DNA of 64,000 nt from an uncultured Candidatus Saccharibacteria bacterium (lineage in GTDB: Bacteria; Patescibacteriota; Minisyncoccia; Phycocordibacterales; DATDWN01): assembly GCA_964616425.1 (NCBI GenBank), contig CAZTQY010000002.1, positions 2,910-66,909 on the forward strand, in the 5' to 3' direction. A program made the position numbers and the translations under genes. A model generated the notes under the pieces. It had not been told where the DNA came from. It did no database searches and saw only the letters and a list, made by a program, of their open reading frames with translations. Every line of letters starts with the position of its first letter. Positions within the stretch are counted from its first letter, which is position 1. Below, piece after piece: positions 9,833 to 18,491 of this stretch.

Positions 9833-11536
9833 ATGTTCCACAGTCTAAAAACAATTTTTCGAAGAAGAAATTTGAAGGCCAATAGAGACATAGATCCAGA
9901 TGAGATTTTTCTCGACTCTCAAAATCTTCCGGAATTTGATACCAACCAGTTTGAGGGACGAATAGAAAAACCAATATCTAGAAATGTTTTTACATTTGTA
10001 GTTATGTTTGTTGTTATTGTTGGCTCAATATTTTGTTACAAATTGTGGAGTTTGCAGGTAACTAACGGTGAGACATTTAGAACTAGAAGTGATAACAACA
10101 GTCTACACAAAACATTAATATATGCGAATAGAGGTGTGATATATGATAGAAATGGTGTTCCACTAGTATGGAATGATGTAAATCCGGAATCTTCGGATTA
10201 TTCTCTGCGTGTCTACGCTACTTCTACGGGACTTTCAACAGTAATAGGATATTTGAAATATCCAACAAAGGATTCTTCTGGTATTTACTATCAAGAAAAG
10301 TTTGATCCAAAGGATGGTATGGAGAAAATATACAATAATCAGTTATCAGGTCTAGATGGTACAAAAATAATAGAGACAGATGTAAAGGGAAATGTTATTT
10401 CTGAAAGTGTGGTGGATAAACCAGTAGATGGTCAAAACGTTGTTACTTCAATAGATATCAGGTTACAGAGACGACTCAACACATCTCTTTTGGATATTGC
10501 CGATCGTGCTGGCTACAAAGGTGGAGCCGGAATAATAATGGATGTTAAAACAGGTGAGATTTTGGCATCGAGTAACTTTCCAGAATATGATTCTCAAATA
10601 ATGACTGATGGTTCAAACGGTACCAAAATCACTGAATGGATAAACTCAAGTAATCATCCATTTTTAAACAGAGCGATAGATGGTCTGTATACACCTGGGT
10701 CTATTATGAAATTGTTTGTGGCTATGGGAGTTTTGGATCAACAAGTTATTTCACCAACAAAACAGATTTTAAGTACGGGTTCAATCACAATACCTAACCC
10801 GTTTTATCCAGATAAACCATCAGTATTTATGGATTGGAAGGCCCATGGTTTAGTTGATCTACGCAGAGCAATAGCCGTTTCGTCCAATGTGTACTTTTAT
10901 GAAGTTTCTGGCGGGTATAAAGATCAAAAGGGAATTGGAATAGATAACTTAGATAAATACGTAAGCATGTTCGGTTTTGGTGCTACGACGGGCCTTGATT
11001 TTCCTGGAGAAAAAAACGGAACAGTGCCAAGTCCAGAGTGGAAAAAGAAAACTTTTGATGGGGAAGACTGGCGAGTTGGAGATACGTATAACACCGCTAT
11101 CGGTCAGTATGGTTTTCAAGTTTCACCAATCCAGGTTGTTAGAGCTGTTGGAGCTATAGCGACAAACGGAAAATTATTAACACCAACTTTTATAAAGGAT
11201 AAAGCTGGCACACTACCAGTTTCAGATGTGGTTTTAAATCCTAGTTATTATCAGATTGTTAAAGAAGGAATGCGACAGGGTGTGACTGAGGGAACTTCAC
11301 AAGCAATAAACTTTCCATTTGTTCGTGTTGCCTCAAAAACTGGAACAGCTCAAATCGGAGTAGCAAAAGATGAAGTTAACTCATGGGTAGTTGGCTTCTG
11401 GCCGTACGAAAATCCAAAGTACGCTTATGTAGTTGTGATGGAAAGAGGCTCAAAGAACAACCAATTTGGAGCGGTGTTGGTTATGCAAGAGTTTCTGGAC
11501 TGGGTCCATGTATATACCCCAGAGTATTTGGAGTAA
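9833..11536 (+). CDS. mrdA: Class B penicillin-binding protein 2
   Basis: RGVIYDRNG, SxxK (GSIMK), SSN, KTG. Confidence 0.9.
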   Translation: MFHSLKTIFRRRNLKANRDIDPDEIFLDSQNLPEFDTNQFEGRIEKPISRNVFTFVVMFVVIVGSIFCYKLWSLQVTNGETFRTRSDNNSLHKTLIYANRGVIYDRNGVPLVWNDVNPESSDYSLRVYATSTGLSTVIGYLKYPTKDSSGIYYQEKFDPKDGMEKIYNNQLSGLDGTKIIETDVKGNVISESVVDKPVDGQNVVTSIDIRLQRRLNTSLLDIADRAGYKGGAGIIMDVKTGEILASSNFPEYDSQIMTDGSNGTKITEWINSSNHPFLNRAIDGLYTPGSIMKLFVAMGVLDQQVISPTKQILSTGSITIPNPFYPDKPSVFMDWKAHGLVDLRRAIAVSSNVYFYEVSGGYKDQKGIGIDNLDKYVSMFGFGATTGLDFPGEKNGTVPSPEWKKKTFDGEDWRVGDTYNTAIGQYGFQVSPIQVVRAVGAIATNGKLLTPTFIKDKAGTLPVSDVVLNPSYYQIVKEGMRQGVTEGTSQAINFPFVRVASKTGTAQIGVAKDEVNSWVVGFWPYENPKYAYVVVMERGSKNNQFGAVLVMQEFLDWVHVYTPEYLE

Positions 11537-11654
11537 ACCTCAGAATTTGGCGAACTCCTCGTTCCCAAATTAAAAATATTCGTCACCTTAGCCTTAACTA
11601 AGGCTCCTCATATTTTTAATTTCTCACGTCGGATTTCATCCAAATTCTGAGGTT
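11536..11654 (+). repeat. Long intergenic hairpin element, family A
   Basis: IR aacctcagaatttgg/ccaaattctgaggtt starting in the mrdA stop codon; core tcgtcaccttag..ctaaggctcctc. Confidence 0.8.
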
Positions 11655-11750
11655 AGAGATAACTTCTTTTTATCTGTCTTGAGTAAATTGACCGTAGTGT
11701 ATTTTTAAGCTATACTATGCGGAATTAGTTAATTAAAAAAGCCCAAAACA

Positions 11751-12203
11751 ATGAAGGAATATTTGACACAAGAGAAATATGACGAGTTTAAGGCGGAGTT
11801 AGCACTACTAAAAGGTACAAAGAGAAAAGAGGTGGCAGAAGCTCTAGAATATGCAAAGTCTTTGGGAGATTTGTCTGAAAATGCAGAGTATCATGAGGCA
11901 CGAGATAACCAAGGTGTGATAGAAGATAGAATAGCTAAACTTGAGGATTTGCTAAAAAATGCAAGTATCATCAAGTCTAACAATACTGGTATGGTTGGGG
12001 TGGGCTCTGTGGTTACTGTTGAAAAAGATGGTAAAAAAGTTGAATATACTATCGTAGGTTCAGAAGAGTCTGATTTTGTAGCGAACAAAATTTCTATGCG
12101 TTCACCTTTTGGTCAGGCAATAATGGGTAAGAAAAAGGGGGATACTTTTACATTCAAAGCGCCTAATGGTGAGCTTACATATTCAGTTAAGGAAGTTAAG
12201 TAA
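11751..12203 (+). CDS. greA: Transcription elongation factor GreA
   Basis: GDLSENAEY, ISMRSPFGQA; upstream TTGACC-17-TATACT promoter. Confidence 0.95.
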   Translation: MKEYLTQEKYDEFKAELALLKGTKRKEVAEALEYAKSLGDLSENAEYHEARDNQGVIEDRIAKLEDLLKNASIIKSNNTGMVGVGSVVTVEKDGKKVEYTIVGSEESDFVANKISMRSPFGQAIMGKKKGDTFTFKAPNGELTYSVKEVK

Positions 12204-12206
12204 AAT

Positions 12207-12468
12207 ATTTTCTCTAGTTTTTACAGACACGCATAAACCCCTGTTGGGGTTTTGCTTTGCTCGAAAATCAAGAAAACAATAGTCCTCACTCCAGAGCCTT
12301 CTCGCAAACTCGCTTCGCACCACACGGACACTAATGTGCCACTTAGTACTTCCAATTTCTAATCGCTCTACTCAAGAAATTTAGGTCGCTCAAACAATGC
12401 TCCAGGCTTCTTTCTGTTCGTCGTTGTTTTCTAATTTCCTGCGCAGGTCTATAAAAAATATAGAAAAT
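12207..12468 (+). repeat. Long nested hairpin element, family B with inserted modules
   Basis: Same motif order as the reverse complement of 14607-14800; module 12339-12389 recurs inverted at 13986-14040. Confidence 0.75.
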
Positions 12469-12509
12469 TCTACTTTGGAGATTTTAGAATCAAATGTTAG
12501 TATATTGTC

Positions 12510-13970
12510 ATGGCATCACTTGAAGAAATAAAGCAGGGACGACTTGCAAAGCTACAAATCTTAAAAGACAAAGGTATTAACCCGTATCCTGCATCAGTTC
12601 CTAGAGATTTTTCTATTAGTTACTTTAGGGAAAATTTTGATTCAAAGGTTTCTGAAGCCGGCAAAGTTTCTATCGCTGGAAGAGTTATGGCCTTGAGAGG
12701 TCAGGGAGCGATACTTTTTGCTGTACTTTTTGATGGGACTGAAAAAATTCAAGCAATAATAAAAAAAGACACCTTAACTGATGAAGTCTTTTCTCTTTTT
12801 GTCGATACAGTAGATATTGGAGATTTTATTTCTGTTACAGGAACTCCAATGCTTTCGAAAACTGGTGAACAGAGTGTTATGGCTGAGTCTTGGGTAATGG
12901 CTGGAAAGACACTGCTTCCTTTGCCTGAAAAATGGCACGGACTACAGGATGTTGATGAGAGATACAGAAAGCGATACTTAGACTTCCTTATGGATGACGA
13001 TTTGCGAGCTTTGATCGTAAAGAAATCAAAGTTCTGGTCAGTGGCTAGAGATTTTCTAAACAAAGAAGGTTTCCTTGAGGTAGAGACTCCAACACTAGAG
13101 GTAACTACTGGTGGAGCCGAAGCTAGACCTTTTAAAACACATCATAACGACTTTGATCTAGATGTTTTTATGCGGATATCGGTTGGTGAGTTGTGGCAGA
13201 AGAGACTGATGTCTGCTGGTTTCGAAAAAACATTTGAGTTGGGAAGAGTATATAGAAACGAAGGTTCATCTCCTGAGCATTTGCAAGAATTCACAAACCT
13301 TGAGTTTTACGCTTCTTTCATGACTTTTGAAGATGGAAAAGAGTTAGTCAAAAAACTTTATAAAAAATTAGCAGAAGATACTTTTGGTAAAACAGAGTTT
13401 GAAACTCGAGGTCACAAGTTTGACCTAGCAGGAGAGTGGGAAGAGCTCGACTATGTCGAAACAGTAAAGAAAATGACTGGTGTAGACGTTATAAAAGACA
13501 CTGTAGAAACTTTGCAGGCAAAACTAGATGAGCTAAAAGTAAAATACGATGGAAATAACAGAGAGAGGATGACAGATAGTTTGTGGAAGTACTGTCGAAA
13601 ATCTATCGCAGGCCCAGCGTTTCTAGTAAACCATCCAAAACTAGTTGCGCCTCTTTCAAAGGAACATCCAGAAAATTCAAACCTTACAAAAACATTTCAA
13701 GTGATCCTGGCTGGTAGTGAACTTGGTCGTGCACATGCAGAACTTAATGATCCGATAGACCAAGCGCAGAGGTTTAGTAAACAAAAGGAACTTATCGAAG
13801 GGGGAGATGAAGAGGCAATGATGTCAGACGATGAGTATGTTGAAATGCTCGAGTATGGAATGCCCCCTACATTTGGTTTCGGCTTTGGAGAGAGACTCTT
13901 TGCATTCCTTGCGGATAAACCGTTACGAGAGTTGCAAACCTTCCCACTAATGCGCCCAAAATCCGAGTAA
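12510..13970 (+). CDS. lysS: Lysine--tRNA ligase (class II)
   Basis: RYRKRYLD, GGAEARPF, YRNEG, ELNDP, YGMPP. Confidence 0.97.
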   Translation: MASLEEIKQGRLAKLQILKDKGINPYPASVPRDFSISYFRENFDSKVSEAGKVSIAGRVMALRGQGAILFAVLFDGTEKIQAIIKKDTLTDEVFSLFVDTVDIGDFISVTGTPMLSKTGEQSVMAESWVMAGKTLLPLPEKWHGLQDVDERYRKRYLDFLMDDDLRALIVKKSKFWSVARDFLNKEGFLEVETPTLEVTTGGAEARPFKTHHNDFDLDVFMRISVGELWQKRLMSAGFEKTFELGRVYRNEGSSPEHLQEFTNLEFYASFMTFEDGKELVKKLYKKLAEDTFGKTEFETRGHKFDLAGEWEELDYVETVKKMTGVDVIKDTVETLQAKLDELKVKYDGNNRERMTDSLWKYCRKSIAGPAFLVNHPKLVAPLSKEHPENSNLTKTFQVILAGSELGRAHAELNDPIDQAQRFSKQKELIEGGDEEAMMSDDEYVEMLEYGMPPTFGFGFGERLFAFLADKPLRELQTFPLMRPKSE

Positions 13971-14130
13971 AATTATCTCATCTACGCGACCTTATTTTCT
14001 TATGAGCAATGCGAATTAGAAAATGGAAGTACTCTTGTGGTGTGTTGTTGCTGTTCAATTTTATTCATTCACCGTACGTCAAAGTACGGCTCACTCACAA
14101 AATCTCCAGCGCCTAGCATCTGAGGCAATT
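13971..14130 (+). repeat. Long intergenic hairpin element, family A with inserted module
   Basis: 14044-14127 nearly identical to the core of 35301-35424; begins directly after the lysS stop. Confidence 0.8.
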
Positions 14131-14143
14131 TAACTCAGATTAG

Positions 14144-14168
14144 AGACCACCAAAGTAGGTGGTTTTTT
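14144..14168 (+). terminator. Intrinsic terminator after lysS
   Basis: accacc-aaagta-ggtggt followed by T-run. Confidence 0.6.
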
Positions 14169-14186
14169 GGTACTCAAAATCATCTA

Positions 14187-14214
14187 TTGACACAATCTGC
14201 TGGAGGTGTATAAT
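14187..14214 (+). promoter_or_regulatory. Sigma70 consensus promoter
   Basis: TTGACA-16-TATAAT. Confidence 0.75.
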
Positions 14215-14220
14215 ATTATA

Positions 14221-14578
14221 TGTGAATGGAAGAGGTGGCGTAAACGTGAACCTTTGGCGATATTCGCGGAGGATGGCGGTTACGCAGAAATACATCATTC
14301 CAATGTCACACCAGCTTGCGGAGGCTTCCAAATCGTCCTTACAGCCTTAGTTGTTCGGTCGATAAATAGATTCGCAGGCTGGAGTTCTTCTCAGGCATCA
14401 GTTCTTCCGAACAGGAGGTGCTCGTTGTATGAGTTTGGTTCCGGCAGGATGTAGGCCTGTCGGCAGAGATGGGGCCTGTTGTACCCATATAAGTTCTGTT
14501 CCGCAGGTGGGTGTCCACAATACACCAGGCACGGCCCCACCTGCGGAAATCTACAAGCTGACTTCGGTCGGCTTTTTT
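14221..14578 (+). ncRNA. Candidate ~360-nt multi-domain structured RNA
   Basis: GC-rich, several long stems (perfect 13-bp 14499-14511/14536-14548), cUUCGg terminator 14555-14578, no convincing ORF. Confidence 0.55.
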
Positions 14579-14606
14579 CGTATCTGAATTCCCAAAATAG
14601 AGCGAA

Positions 14607-14800
14607 ATCATGAGTTTTTAAAACCCTGCGGAAGCAATTAGCAAATAACGACAAAGATAAAGTAAGCCTGAAGCATCTACCCCGCAGGGGCGACCAAAGG
14701 GAGTCTGCGTAAGGCTACGTATCGAGGAGATTAGTTGCTTGATTGCTGAGCAAGAGCAAAAATTCAACAGAATTTTATGTGTGTTTTAAAAACTCATGAT
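14607..14800 (-). repeat. Long intergenic hairpin element, family B
   Basis: Perfect 18-bp terminal IR atcatgagtttttaaaac; minus strand reads cacacataa..ttgctcttgctc..ccgcaggg. Confidence 0.8.
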
Positions 14801-14824
14801 TGAGCCAAAGTTATCCACTTTTTT

Positions 14825-14890
14825 GTGGATGTTTTTGGTAGACAGTGGGAAGTAGTGGTATATAATGTTATCTAAGTGGGAAGTAGTGGG
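14825..14890 (+). promoter_or_regulatory. dcw promoter with MraZ-binding GTGG(G) repeats
   Basis: Boxes at 14825, 14835 (degenerate), 14845, 14855, 14876, 14886; TAGACA-16-TATAAT at 14839-14866. Confidence 0.8.
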
Positions 14891-14919
14891 AAACGCCAAA
14901 AAATTAAAATAATAAAATC

Positions 14920-15354
14920 ATGCTTATAGGAGAATACACACATAGCATAGATGATAAAAATAGGCTTTCTCTTCCTGCAAAATTTCGAACAGAGCTTGGT
15001 AAAAAAATAGTTGTTACTCAAGGTTTGGATAACTGTCTTTGGGTTTTCAAACATGTAGAGTGGCAAAAGATTGAAGAGAAGTTAAATCAATCTTCAATCG
15101 GTCAAGCTGATAATCGAAGTTTTAACCGCTTGATGTTTTCTAGTGCAGTGGAGGCCGAAGTAGATTCTATCGGTCGAATACTTGTTCCAGAATTTTTAAG
15201 AGACAGAGCAAATTTAAAAAATAAAGTAGTAGTTATCGGGGTCTCTAGTCGAGTTGAAATTTGGAACGAGAAGACTTGGAGCGACTATAAGAAAGTCGTT
15301 GAAAAACAAGCTGATGCACTGGCAGAAAAGTTAGGCCAAGTTGGAGTCATATAA
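14920..15354 (+). CDS. mraZ: Division/cell wall cluster repressor MraZ
   Basis: GEYTHSIDDKNRLSLP, VDSIGRILVP, RVEIW. Confidence 0.96.
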   Translation: MLIGEYTHSIDDKNRLSLPAKFRTELGKKIVVTQGLDNCLWVFKHVEWQKIEEKLNQSSIGQADNRSFNRLMFSSAVEAEVDSIGRILVPEFLRDRANLKNKVVVIGVSSRVEIWNEKTWSDYKKVVEKQADALAEKLGQVGVI

Positions 15355-15356
15355 AT

Positions 15357-16277
15357 ATGATTCATAAGACTGTTCTTTTACATGAAGCTATAGATGGATT
15401 GGATATCAAAAATGGTGACATTTTTGTTGACGGTACATTGGGAGGAGGCGGACATAGTGAGGAAGTAGCAAAAAGGTTTGGTAATTCTGTTGTCATGATC
15501 GGAATTGACCTTGATCCTGAAGCAATAGAACGTGCCTCTGCACGACTTTCCCCACTAAATCCAAACATACAATACATTCATGGCAGTTTTCGCAACATAG
15601 ATAATCTTTTGGAGACATCTGGTATCAAAAGTGCAGATAAAATTTTGCTTGATATTGGACTTTCTTCAAACCAGTTCGAGGATTCTGGTCGAGGTTTCTC
15701 ATTTCAAAAGGATGAGCCTCTGATAATGTCATTCAAAAAGGATTTAAAACAGGAAGACCTTACCGCGAGAGAAATCGTTAACACTTGGGATTTAGAGAAT
15801 ATATCTACTATCCTCAAGAGCTATGGTGAAGAGCAGTTTGCTTGGAAAATTGCCAAGGCGATAGTAGCTAGAAGAGAGATAAAACCGATTGATACTACAT
15901 TTGATCTGGTTGAAATCATAAAAATAGCCACTCCAAAGTGGTATCACCACAAAAGAATTCACCCAGCTACAAAAACATTTCAAGCTTTACGTATAACTGT
16001 AAATGATGAGATAGAGAGTTTGAAGGATGGTGTTGCAAAAGGGTTTAGTATTCTAAATCCTGGAGGTAGACTGGCGGTCATATCATTCCACAGCATCGAG
16101 GACAGAGTAATAAAAAATTTTTATAGAGATAGAGACAAGGAAGGTTTAGGTAAGGTGATTACAAAAAAACCCATAATACCTACTGAGGCGGAAATAGCAG
16201 AAAATCCTAGATCACGAAGTAGTAAATTGCGAATAATAGAGAAAACAACCGTGCGAAGCCGAGCAGTGGTCGCATGA
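15357..16277 (+). CDS. rsmH: 16S rRNA m4C1402 methyltransferase
   Basis: HKTVLL, DGTLGGGGH, TFQALRI, SFHSIEDR, NPRSRSSKLR. Confidence 0.97.
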   Translation: MIHKTVLLHEAIDGLDIKNGDIFVDGTLGGGGHSEEVAKRFGNSVVMIGIDLDPEAIERASARLSPLNPNIQYIHGSFRNIDNLLETSGIKSADKILLDIGLSSNQFEDSGRGFSFQKDEPLIMSFKKDLKQEDLTAREIVNTWDLENISTILKSYGEEQFAWKIAKAIVARREIKPIDTTFDLVEIIKIATPKWYHHKRIHPATKTFQALRITVNDEIESLKDGVAKGFSILNPGGRLAVISFHSIEDRVIKNFYRDRDKEGLGKVITKKPIIPTEAEIAENPRSRSSKLRIIEKTTVRSRAVVA

Positions 16278-16279
16278 CC
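16247..16279 (+). repeat. 33-nt REP-like element, copy 2, supplying the rsmH C-terminus and stop codon
   Basis: 28/33 identical to the reverse complement of 1664-1696. Confidence 0.7.
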
Positions 16280-16286
16280 AAATATA

Positions 16287-16598
16287 ATGACAGAAAAAGT
16301 ATTACAAATAAATAATGAGAAGACTATATTCTGGAGTATTTTGGCACTCTTGCTGTTATCTTTTGGTTTCTATATGTATTTTATAAATGCAACAGTACAT
16401 AATGTAGTTGCAAGACAAAATCTTGAAGCTGAAGCATCAAATCTAACACTGACTATTGGCAACCAAGAATTTCAATATATAACAAGCCGTAACAATGTAA
16501 CATTAGCCCTCGCACATTCAATGGGTTTCAAAGATGTTTCAGAAAAAACATTTATATCAAGAGATGGTGGCAAGCAAGTTTCTCTTCTTTCCAGATAA
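16287..16598 (+). CDS. FtsL-like cell division protein
   Basis: Single TM plus coiled coil, between rsmH and ftsI. Confidence 0.6.
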   Translation: MTEKVLQINNEKTIFWSILALLLLSFGFYMYFINATVHNVVARQNLEAEASNLTLTIGNQEFQYITSRNNVTLALAHSMGFKDVSEKTFISRDGGKQVSLLSR

Positions 16599-16656
16599 AA
16601 TATTTTTATATTTCATAGTTTTTTGATAAGATAGATATTGCTATTTTCTTTTTAAT

Positions 16657-18363
16657 ATGAAGAACAACTACATACTCAGAATTCGTATAATCTCTCTAGC
16701 TATTTTTGCGTTTGCTCTGTTACTTATCGGTCGATTGTATGTATTGCAGATAGTAAGAAACGATAACTATATAAATAAAGCAGACAGGCAGTATTCATCT
16801 TCGGCAAATAAAGTGTTTAGTCGGGGAACAATATATTTTCAAAATAAAGATAAAACTCTAGTATCAGCTGCCACACTAAAATCTGGTTTTATCGTTGCTA
16901 TAAATCCAGAAATTTTACAAGAGCCTGATGATGTTTGGTTGAAGATAAAAGATTTAATTTCGATTGAGCATGATGCTTTCATATTGAAGGCTAACAAAAA
17001 AAATGATCCATATGAGGAGATTGCTACTCATGTGGACGAGGCTGTTGGAAAACAGATTTCTGATTTAAATATAAAAGGTTTACAAGTATATAAAGAGAGA
17101 TGGAGGTTTTATCCAGGAGGTAACACAGCGGCTCATGTTTTAGGTATTTTGGGGTACAAGGGTGATGAATATGCTGGAAGGTATGGTCTTGAGAGTAAAT
17201 ATGAGACATTACTTGAGCGAAAAGATGGAGCGTATGTTAATTTTTTTGCTGAAATGTTTTCTGATATAAAAGCCGCGACTAATCCAAGTGAAGAAAATGA
17301 AGGAGATATAGTTACGACCATAGAACCTACTGTACAGACTTTTCTTCAGTCTGTTTTGGCTAGCACAACGGAAAAATGGGACTCAGATTTGACTGGAGGC
17401 ATAATAATGGACCCAAAAACCGGAGAAATAATCGCCATGGAAACTTATCCGACTTTTGATCCAAATAACTCTGGTGAACAAAAGAATTCTGCAATATTCT
17501 CAAACCCTCTGGTGGAAAATGTGTATGAAATGGGTTCTATTATTAAACCGCTAACAGTGGCTGCTGGAATTGATCTTGGAGTTATAACATCCAAGTCAAC
17601 GTACTACGACAAAGGTTTTGTGATGATAAGTGGAAAAAAGGTTTCTAACTTTGATGGTAAAGAAAGAGGAGTTGTTAATATGCAAGATTTACTCTCTCAG
17701 TCACTAAATGTTGGTGCTGCATATGTAGAAAAGCTAATAGGTAATAAAAAATTTGCTGAGTATATTAACTTGTATGGTTTGGGAGAGAAAACTGGTATTG
17801 AACTTCCAAATGAAGCAAAAGATTTGATATCTAGTCTAAAAGGAAATATTGATATTGATTTTGCAACTGCATCTTTTGGTCAGGGTATAGCTCTTACTCC
17901 AGTTTCAACTATTAGAGCACTGTCAGTCATTGCAAACGGTGGTTTTCTTGTTAACCCTCACTTGGTTAAAAGTATAAATTATAAAATCGGTGTTTCAAAA
18001 GATACTCCTATAGATCCAGGCAAATATGTTTTAAAGAGAGAGACCACTGAAGAGGTTGCGAGGATGATGACATACAGTGTGGACAATGTGCTTTCTAATG
18101 GTACACTCAAAATACCTAACTATAGTGTGGCTGCAAAGACAGGTACAGCACAGATAGCCAAGGAGGGTGGGGGTGGGTACTATGATGACCAGTTTCTACA
18201 CTCATTTGTAGGTTTTTTCCCATCGTATAACCCAAGATTCATTATATTTTTGTACACTTTGCATCCAAAAGGAGCTCAGTTCGGTTCAGAAACACTAACA
18301 CACCCTTTTATGGATATAGTCAACTTCCTCATTAACTACTACGAAATCCCCCCAGACCGTTGA
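16657..18363 (+). CDS. ftsI: Class B PBP (FtsI-like)
   Basis: GSIIK, SLN, KTGTAQ; dcw position. Confidence 0.88.
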   Translation: MKNNYILRIRIISLAIFAFALLLIGRLYVLQIVRNDNYINKADRQYSSSANKVFSRGTIYFQNKDKTLVSAATLKSGFIVAINPEILQEPDDVWLKIKDLISIEHDAFILKANKKNDPYEEIATHVDEAVGKQISDLNIKGLQVYKERWRFYPGGNTAAHVLGILGYKGDEYAGRYGLESKYETLLERKDGAYVNFFAEMFSDIKAATNPSEENEGDIVTTIEPTVQTFLQSVLASTTEKWDSDLTGGIIMDPKTGEIIAMETYPTFDPNNSGEQKNSAIFSNPLVENVYEMGSIIKPLTVAAGIDLGVITSKSTYYDKGFVMISGKKVSNFDGKERGVVNMQDLLSQSLNVGAAYVEKLIGNKKFAEYINLYGLGEKTGIELPNEAKDLISSLKGNIDIDFATASFGQGIALTPVSTIRALSVIANGGFLVNPHLVKSINYKIGVSKDTPIDPGKYVLKRETTEEVARMMTYSVDNVLSNGTLKIPNYSVAAKTGTAQIAKEGGGGYYDDQFLHSFVGFFPSYNPRFIIFLYTLHPKGAQFGSETLTHPFMDIVNFLINYYEIPPDR

Positions 18364-18476
18364 AATTACTTTATATACTTCGTTGTGATTAGATTTTATT
18401 CGATCACTGTACGTTAGAGTACAGCTCACTCATAAAATCTCTCACGCCTTGTCTCTAAAGCAATTTCCATGGTCTG
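18353..18476 (+). repeat. Long intergenic hairpin element, family A, overlapping ftsI stop
   Basis: cgttgtga..tcactgtac-gttaga-gtacagctc..tcacgccttg; outer cagacc/ggtctg. Confidence 0.78.
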
Positions 18477-18491
18477 ATCATTATAAATTTT

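Noticed and set aside
14221-14578. RNase P RNA, tmRNA or SRP RNA
   Set aside because: No GAGGAAAGUCC, no tRNA-like ends with CCA, and no SRP domain IV motif on either strand.
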